A stretch of 64,000 nucleotides of DNA, taken from positions 62,001 to 126,000 of the forward strand of contig NIVC01001498.1 in the NCBI GenBank assembly GCA_002269645.1, read 5' to 3'. Source of the stretch: Macrostomum lignano. Lineage: Eukaryota. The position numbers and the translations under genes are program-made. Under the pieces are notes generated by a model. That model was not told where the DNA came from. It ran no database searches and saw only the letters and a list, made by a program, of their open reading frames with translations. Position 1 is the stretch's first letter. Every line of letters starts with the position of its first letter. Shown piece after piece: positions 55,055 to 64,000 of this stretch.

Positions 55055-55477
55055 TAGTATACATTTAATCTTAACTAAAGATATGGAGATGTATTTAGGT
55101 TTTAAATATAATTCTTATATATAATTTTCTATAAGCTATAATTCTTAGCTCCTAAAAACCACAGTTCATAGATATAGAAATTTAAAATCAATTGCTAAGG
55201 TATAGAGATAGGAAATTTAAGGTTAAAAAGATTCTTTATAAGCATTAATTTTATGTGCCCAATTTTAAAGGTGTCCTATTTTGTCTATAAGCCTAGTTTT
55301 TAGTTATTTTTCTCAAGAGTTAGTTAATTTCATGCACCTTGTACTTGATAGCTTTTATAGCTTTTATAATTTATCATTACAATCATTAATGCAAAGGAAA
55401 ATAGACAATATAAAATAAATGCAATAATGACAATGGTGGTGGTAGGCATGTGTCCACAGAGGGTATAAATTGGCTTA

Positions 55478-57374
<1,897 letters not shown>

Positions 57375-58040
57375 TATAAATTGGCTTATGGGTCAATAAA
57401 ATGCATATAAATCAATAATACAAGAATCTAACCTTAAAGAAAGTATAGTAGAAGAATAATGTAATAGAAGAAATACAAATAAACCTTGTTTCATTAAACA
57501 TAAATTTGTTTTAATAATAATATTATATTAATAAATATATTACACAAATACTTATGATAGTTAAGAATCATCTAATAAATACAAATGTAGTAAACTACTA
57601 TCTATAATTTGCTTAACTTGGCTAAAACTATAATTGATTGTTGTATAATAAAAATTATACAATAAATCATGCAAATCAATCCTAAAAATTTGTTTGTTTG
57701 CAAAACATGTCATGGTAGTTATTATTGGTATTTTCTTTCAAAATGCTGTGTATAATGTATAGCAGTACAAAAATGGTCAAAAAATCTATGTGCCATTCAA
57801 TTTAATAATTAAGGATAATTTTTTGCACAAATAAAAATACCCAAACCTAAGCAAAACTAAAGTCTTATGACTTGACCTACTAATCACCCAGGGTGATTTG
57901 CTTAACAAAGAAATCAATAGATAGTGAACTAGCTGAAATGTCTTATTAAGTATATTGCAAGGATCCATTTCAACTGTCACTCTTCATAACAAAATGCATG
58001 TAAAATCTTGAAGCAAGCAAATAAAGCAGTATACAACACA

Positions 58041-59066
58041 ATGGATGAGCAGAAGCAATCCTACTGCGACAATGTCTACATGACAATTGCCGAGCAGTGC
58101 AAAGAGGGCGGCGTAGTTGAAATCCTGGATACATTCTTTGGCTTCTTGGCTAGACGCACAGATTTCTATGTTGGTCAGGGCAGCAAAGACTGCGAACAGC
58201 TCGTGCTCAAAGCATTCCGACTGCACAAACGCCAGGCTGAAGAGAAGCGAGCCAAAGAGAAAGCCGAGGCTGAAGCTAAAAAACGCGAGAAACAGGCCGC
58301 CGAACAGGCCGCCGCAAAAGCCGCCGCCGGCGACCCGCGAGTCCAAGAACTAACTGACGCCGAAGCGGAACAGCTTCAGAAAGAATTAGACGCCGAAAAG
58401 AACAAAAAATCGAATAATGCCCCGGCGTCTTCATCAACAACGGCGAAAGAGTCGGACAATGGCGAGGCGGCTACTGCTACTACTACAAAGAAAAAAGAAG
58501 GCGACGGCGATGCCGCTGAAGAGGAAGAATCCGCTGAGGACAAGGGCAAGATGAAGCCGAATGCTGGCAATGGAGGCGACTATGAGAATTACAGTTGGAC
58601 ACAGACGCTGAGGGATCTTGAGATTCGAGTCCCACTGCCAGTGAAGGTGAAGGGCCGGGATCTGACTGTGAGCATTACCAAGTCTGACATAAGCGCCGGA
58701 TTGCGCAATCAGCCGCCGATTCTGCACGGCCAATTGGCTCATCATATTAAACCGGACGAGTCCACTTGGACTCTGGACGAGGGCAAGACTCTGATTATCT
58801 GCCTAGAGAAGGTCAACCAGATGGAATGGTGGGGTCAAGTTGTCACCACTGATCCGGTTATTAACACTAAAAAAGTTGAACCGGAGAATTCTAAGCTGAG
58901 CGATCTGGACGGCGAGACTAGATCAATTGTTGAGAAGATGATGTACGACCAGAGGCAGAAGGAGCTCGGCTTGCCAACTAGCGAAGATCAAAAGAAGAAT
59001 GAAATATTGCAGAAATTTATGAAGCAACATCCGGAGATGGACTTTTCTAATTGCAAGTTCAATTGA
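58041..59066 (+). CDS. NUDC: NudC nuclear migration protein (p23/CS-domain co-chaperone), 341 aa, intronless
   Basis: EGGVVEILDTFFGFLARRTDFY; KMKPNAGNGGD...YSWTQTL; HIKPDESTWTL; LEKVNQMEWW; KKVEPENSKLSDLDGETRSIVEKMMYDQRQKELGLPTSEDQKK..ILQKFMKQHPEMDFSNCKFN, the canonical NudC C-terminus. ATG at 58041. Confidence 0.96.
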   Translation: MDEQKQSYCDNVYMTIAEQCKEGGVVEILDTFFGFLARRTDFYVGQGSKDCEQLVLKAFRLHKRQAEEKRAKEKAEAEAKKREKQAAEQAAAKAAAGDPRVQELTDAEAEQLQKELDAEKNKKSNNAPASSSTTAKESDNGEAATATTTKKKEGDGDAAEEEESAEDKGKMKPNAGNGGDYENYSWTQTLRDLEIRVPLPVKVKGRDLTVSITKSDISAGLRNQPPILHGQLAHHIKPDESTWTLDEGKTLIICLEKVNQMEWWGQVVTTDPVINTKKVEPENSKLSDLDGETRSIVEKMMYDQRQKELGLPTSEDQKKNEILQKFMKQHPEMDFSNCKFN

Positions 59067-59535
59067 AAGCCTCTGGCGTCTGAAGCTGACGTGTCTTTAA
59101 ACAAACAAACGCCTGCTGTCAACTTTAATAGACTAAAATTCGGTTAATAATTAATATCTGTTCTAGACTCGGCAAAATCAATCGATTCGCTATAAAACTA
59201 CTGACAGTAATATACCTAAACGCGTTCCTCTTATCGTTAAAATAACGTTTCCCATTCGCTAATTCCGTATGTTGATTGACTGATTGTTAATCTATTTTGT
59301 TCTTCAGAAGACAGAGGACATTGGGTACGTTTTTTAATAATAGAAGAAAACAAATACTAAGGAATACTAATTTGCAGTTAGTTGGTAAGGGGTAATGTGG
59401 ATGTAATTCACAAGTAAGCGTTATCACGCGTGCGTAAGTAGCATTTTTGTCTCGTTTTTTTACTCAATTTCTGATTGGAAATATTTGGCATCCAGTTGCT
59501 TGTGTTGTTCTTTAATTTTTTGCAGATCGCAAATG

Positions 59536-60853
59536 GTAGTAGTCAGATTGGATGGACTAGTAATCAGATTGAATAGACTAGTAATCAGATTGGATGGACT
59601 AGTAATCAGCTTGGATAGACTAGTAATCAGCTTGGATGGACTAGTAATCAGATTGGATGGACTAGTAGTCAGATTGGATAGACTAGTAATCAGATTGGAT
59701 AGACTAGTAATCAGATTGAATAGACTAGTAATCAGATTGGATGGACTAGTAATCAGATTGGATGGACTAGTAATCAGATTGGATAGACTAGTAGTCAGAT
59801 TGGATAGACTAGTAATCATATTGAATAGACTAGTAATCAGATTGAATAGACTAGTAATCAGATTGAATAGACTAGTAATCAGATTGAATAGACTAGTAAT
59901 CAGATTGGATGGACTAGTAATCAGATTGGATAGACTAGTAATCAGATTGGATGGACTAGTAATCAGATTGGATGGACTAGTAGTCAGATTGGATAGACTA
60001 GTAATCAGATTGGATAGACTAGTAATCAGATTGAATAGACTAGTAATCAGATTGGATGGACTAGTAATCAGATTGGATGGACTAGTAATCAGATTGGATA
60101 GACTAGTAGTCAGATTGGATAGACTAGTAATCATATTGAATAGACTAGTAATCAGATTGAATAGACTAGTAATCAGATTGAATAGACTAGTAATCAGATT
60201 GAATAGACTAGTAATCAGATTGGATGGACTAGTAATCAGATTGGATAGACTAGTAATCAGATTGGATGGACTAGTAATCAGATTGGATAGACTAGTAATC
60301 AGATTGGATGGACTAGTAATCAGATTGGATGGACTAGTAATCAGCTTGGATAGACTAGTAATCAGCTTGGATGGACTAGTAATCAGATTGGATGGACTAG
60401 TAGTCAGATTGGATAGACTAGTAATCAGATTGGATAGACTAGTAATCAGATTGAATAGACTAGTAATCAGATTGGATGGACTAGTAATCAGATTGGATGG
60501 ACTAGTAATCAGATTGGATAGACTAGTAGTCAGATTGGATAGACTAGTAATCAGATTGGATAGACTAGTAATCAGATTGGATAGACTAGTAATCAGATTG
60601 AATAGACTAGTAATCAGATTGGATGGACTAGTAATCAGCTTGGATAAACTAGTAGTCAGATTGGATAGACCAGTAATCAGATTTATAGACTAGTAATCAC
60701 ATTGGATAGACTACTAATCAGATTGGATAGACTAGTAGTCAGATTGGATAGACTAGTAATCACATTGGATAGACCAGTAATCAGATTTATAGACTAGTAA
60801 TCAGATTGGATAGACTACTAATCAGATTGGATAGACTAGTAGTCAGATTGGAC
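59536..60853. repeat. 21-bp minisatellite (ACTAGTAATCAGATTGGATAG)n, ~62 units, between NudC and MVB12
   Basis: Read directly; 7-aa periodicity LVIRLDR. Confidence 0.96.
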
Positions 60854-61036
60854 AGGCCAGTATTGGGAATAGCTAGCTTAAGAAAAAACGTGATTATTAA
60901 AAATATTGAATTTTACTTTATGATTAACCCCCACGGTTTAGGTCTCCAATACAGCTAGCTATCAAAATAGGTCAAACTAGATATCTTTCATTTTGTCTGA
61001 GTGATTGACAGCTACAAAAAATATCTACTCAATCCG

Positions 61037-61102
61037 ATGGCCAACATAACGGACCTGAAAATTGTCACGGATCCGAACAAAGCGCCACCGAAATACTCGC
61101 CT
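61037..61102 (+). CDS. MVB12: MVB12/FAM125 (ESCRT-I subunit, MABP + UMA), exon 1
   Basis: MANITDLKIVTDPNKAPPKYSP resembles MVB12B PITGVGVVASRNRAPTGY; donor CCT|GTAAGT. Confidence 0.82.
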
Positions 61103-61188
61103 GTAAGTAGTATAATGCGGTCAAGCTTACAACTATTCAACTTCCTAATTGTAAAAGAGTAAATTAATTAATTAAATTTCTCTTACAG

Positions 61189-61378
61189 ATTACGCAGACT
61201 CACGACAGTCGCGAAGATGCCGACCTGTGGAAAGACGGGTTCTTGAGTCGGCGAGTGACGCGCTACCTGTGTGTTAGTTATCAGGACTCCGACCAGGTGC
61301 TCTGCGATTTAGCCGTCTGCAATGGCCCGATGGATGTGCCGGATCAGTTCACTATCGTTGAGACCACCTGCGATACTC
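61189..61378 (+). CDS. MVB12: MVB12 exon 2 (MABP domain)
   Basis: ITQTHDSREDADLWKDGFLSRRVTRYLC matches the hallmark DADLWKDGLFKSKVTRYLC; ttacAG acceptor, C|GTGAGT donor; 190 nt. Confidence 0.92.
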
Positions 61379-61385
61379 GTGAGTT

Positions 61386-61735
61386 ACTTCATGAACTCAA
61401 AACTTTATAAACTCGAAACTTTATAAACTCGAAACTTCAAAAACTCGAAACTTCATTAACACGAAACTTCATGAACTCGAAACTTCATGAACTCGAAACT
61501 TCATGAACTCGAAACTTCAAAAACTCGAAACTTCATTAACACGAAACTTCATGAACTCGAAACTTCATGAACTCGAAACTTCATGAACTTGAGACTTCAA
61601 AAACTCGAAATTTAATAAACTCGAAACTTCATGAACTTGAGACTTCAAAAACTCGAAATTTCATGAACACGAAACTTTATGAACTCGAAACTTCAAAAAC
61701 TCGAAACTTCATAAACTCGAAACTTTATAAACTCT
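61386..61735. repeat. 16-bp minisatellite (GAAACTTCATGAACTC)n in MVB12 intron 2
   Basis: Read directly; starts ~7 nt after the donor. Confidence 0.93.
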
Positions 61736-61864
61736 AAATTTTTATAAGCTATAAACTATTTTGTGTGCTTTTCCCATTTTATGCGTATTTGTAATTTTTG
61801 CAGTATTTTCTACTGCTTTATTAAGTAGTAAATCAAGTGTTTTATATTCGTTTCTTTATTGCAG

Positions 61865-61994
61865 AGGAGAAGGCGTTGAAAAAGAAGCAACTGGCTGTGA
61901 AGATGCAGCGCAAATCCGAGGCCACTTCGGCTATTAATGACATCATTCTGCTGGGGAAGCAGAAGCGCCCGCCCGCCGGATACGCTGTCATCGG
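61865..61994 (+). CDS. MVB12: MVB12 exon 3 (MABP domain)
   Basis: QEKALKKKQLAVKM...SAINDIILLGKQKRPPAGYAVIG matches QEVAFRKKRLCIKF...AAICDIRIMGRTKQAPPQYTFIG; phase 1 to 2. Confidence 0.92.
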
Positions 61995-63190
61995 GTGAGA
62001 TTGAGAGTAGGATAGGGTGAGATCGAGAGAAGGATAGGGTGAGATTGAGAGTAAGGATAGGGTGAGATTGAGAGAAGGATAGGGTGAGTTTGAGAATAGG
62101 ATAGGGTGAGATTGAGAGTAAGGATAGGGTGAGTTTGAGAGAAGGATAGGGTGAGATTGAGAGTAAGGATAGGGTGAGATTGAGAATAGGATAGGGTGAG
62201 ATTGAGAGTAAGGATAGGGTGAGATTGAGAGTAAGGATAGGGTGAGATTGAGAGTAAGGATAGGGTGAGATTGAGAGAATGATAGGGTGAGATTGAGAGT
62301 AAGGATAGGGTGAGATTGAGAATAGGATAGGGTGAGATTGAGAGTAAGGATAGGGTGAGATTGAGAGTAAGGATAGGGTGAGATTGAGAGAAGGATAGGG
62401 TGAGATTGAGAGTAAGGATAGGGTGAGATTGAGAGAAGGATAGGGTGAGATTGAGAGTAAGGATAGGGTGAGATTGAGAGTAAGGATAGGGTGAGATTGA
62501 GAGTAAGGATAGGGTGAGTTTGAGAATAGGACAAAGTGAGATTGAGAGTAAGGATAGGGTGAGATTGAGAGAAGGATAGGGTGAGATTGAGAGTAAGGAT
62601 AGGGTGAGTTTGAGAATAGGATGGGGTGAGATTAAGAATAAGGATAGGGTGAGTTTGAGAATAGGATAGGGTGAGATTGAGAGTAAGGATAGGGTGAGAT
62701 TGAGAGAAGGATAGGGTGAGATTGAGAGTAAGGATAGGGTGAGATTGAGAGAAGGATAGGGTGAGATTGAGAGTAAGGATAGGGTGAGTTTGAGAGAAGG
62801 ATAGGGTGAGATTGAGAGAAGGATAGGGTGAGATTGAGAGTAGGATAGGGTGAGATTGAGAGTAGGATAGGGTAAGATTGAGAGTAGGATAGGGTGAGAT
62901 TGAGAGTAGGAAACGGTGAGATTGAGAGATTAGGATAGGGTGAGATTGAGAGTAGGATAGAGTGAGATTGAGAGTACCATAGGGTGAGATTCAGAGCAGG
63001 ATAGGGTGAGATTGAGAGTAGGATAGGGTGAGATTGAGAGAAGGATAGGGTGAGATTGAGAGTAAGGATAGGGTGAGATTGAGAGTAAGGATAGGGTGAG
63101 TTTGAGAATAGGATAGGGTGAGATCGAGAATAGGAAAGGGTGAGATTGAGAGTAGGATAGGGTGAGATTGAGAGCAGGATAGGGGTGAGA
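61993..63190. repeat. 22/23-bp purine-rich minisatellite (GGGTGAGATTGAGAGTAAGGATA)n, ~52 units, filling MVB12 intron 3
   Basis: Read directly; the first unit overlaps the exon 3 donor. Confidence 0.96.
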
Positions 63191-63253
63191 TGAGATATGA
63201 GATAGACAGCAGGCACTCGGTAACTAATTCATCCAATTGCCACCCGCAAACAG

Positions 63254-63593
63254 CGAGTTCAACAGTTTCACTCTGTGCGTCAAGAACGGCCCAGTGGAGC
63301 AGCAGAAGTCGCAGTCGCAGCAGCAGCGAGGAGCCGGAGTCCAACAGATCAATGTACAGCCGCAGCGACCTCCGCCGAGTCGGCAGCCGAGCAAAATTCG
63401 CGACCCATTGTCCGGCATACCATTCGAACTCAGCCGACGCTGGGGCGGGAACACCAGCTCCGAAGCGGCCACGATTGGCGGTTTTAATTTAAATGAAATT
63501 GTTATCAAGTCGCCAGAACAAATTGAAGCAGAGTACGCTTATCGATTCTCGCTCGAGCGTCAGGTGTGCGAGCAGTCGCTAATGGAGGGCTGA
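63254..63593 (+). CDS. MVB12: MVB12 exon 4 (UMA domain, stop); full CDS 726 nt / 241 aa
   Basis: caaacAG|c acceptor; GEFNSFTLCVK...LSGIPFELS...IVIKSPEQIEAEYAYRFSLERQ matches GELNSMGIWYR...MDGVPFMIS...ITIKSLAEIEKEYEYSFRTEQ. Confidence 0.9.
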
Positions 63594-63792
63594 TTATAAA
63601 TGAATTCAGCTGTCTTAAAATGTCTTAAAAATTGATATTTTGAAAGGCACTTCTTTAAACAAGAAACACAAACTCACTCAACAATTGTTAACATTTTTTG
63701 TGTATCACCAACTTCGATAAGAGTGACTGGGTTTAGCCAACCAACATCGAGTAGTTGCTTTTAGCTGCGTACATTCTCGGATTCCCTGGAAC

Positions 63793-64000
63793 TGGGGTGG
63801 GGTGGGGGCTCCAGCCAATGAGCGATAAGGGGCTTCTCTTATCTTAGTCTAGCTGTACATTCTGGGATTTTCTAGAACTAGGGTGGGGTAGGGTGGGGTC
63901 TCTAGCCAATGAGCGAAAAGGAGTTTCTCTTATCTTAGTCTAGCTGTACATTTTCGTATTCTCTGGGGTGGGGTGGGGTCTCTAGCCAATGAGCGATGAG
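63793..64000. repeat. ~80-91-bp tandem repeat (3 or more units, truncated by the window end) containing GGGGTGGGG, CCAAT and CTTATCT motifs
   Basis: AGCCAATGAGCGA recurs with CCAAT at 63815, 63906 and 63986. Confidence 0.8.

Overview
This is eukaryotic (animal) genomic DNA, not prokaryotic: it has GT-AG introns, GC-rich exons and about a third of its length in locus-specific tandem repeats. The style resembles the flatworm Macrostomum lignano, which is an unverified inference. Four protein-coding genes were reconstructed by hand with frame-consistent splice phases: (1) the last three coding exons of a ZFYVE26/spastizin homolog (+, 5665-9827); (2) a complete 7-exon TRIM9/TRIM67-type RING/B-box/coiled-coil/COS/FN3/SPRY gene (-, 44239-13899) with a 15.4-kb first intron; (3) an intronless NudC (+, 58041-59066); (4) a 4-exon MVB12/FAM125 ESCRT-I subunit (+, 61037-63593). 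Mobile DNA includes a 5'-truncated RT+RNase H LINE with a 14-bp target-site duplication (TSD), a mariner-derived element with ~183-bp terminal inverted repeats (TIRs), a hAT-type MITE, a 260-bp foldback and a decayed Tc1/IS630-like transposase. Most long ORFs in the supplied track are artefacts of about 20 tandem arrays. Three unexplained structures stand out. First, all 9 introns longer than 400 nt with a visible 5' splice site have a minisatellite starting within ~140 nt of that site. Second, one ZFYVE26 exon is bracketed by two inverted arrays of the same 28-bp unit, the geometry associated with circRNA formation and exon skipping. Third, one MVB12 intron is an array of ~50 copies of its own splice donor. 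No CRISPR array, rRNA or confident tRNA was found.
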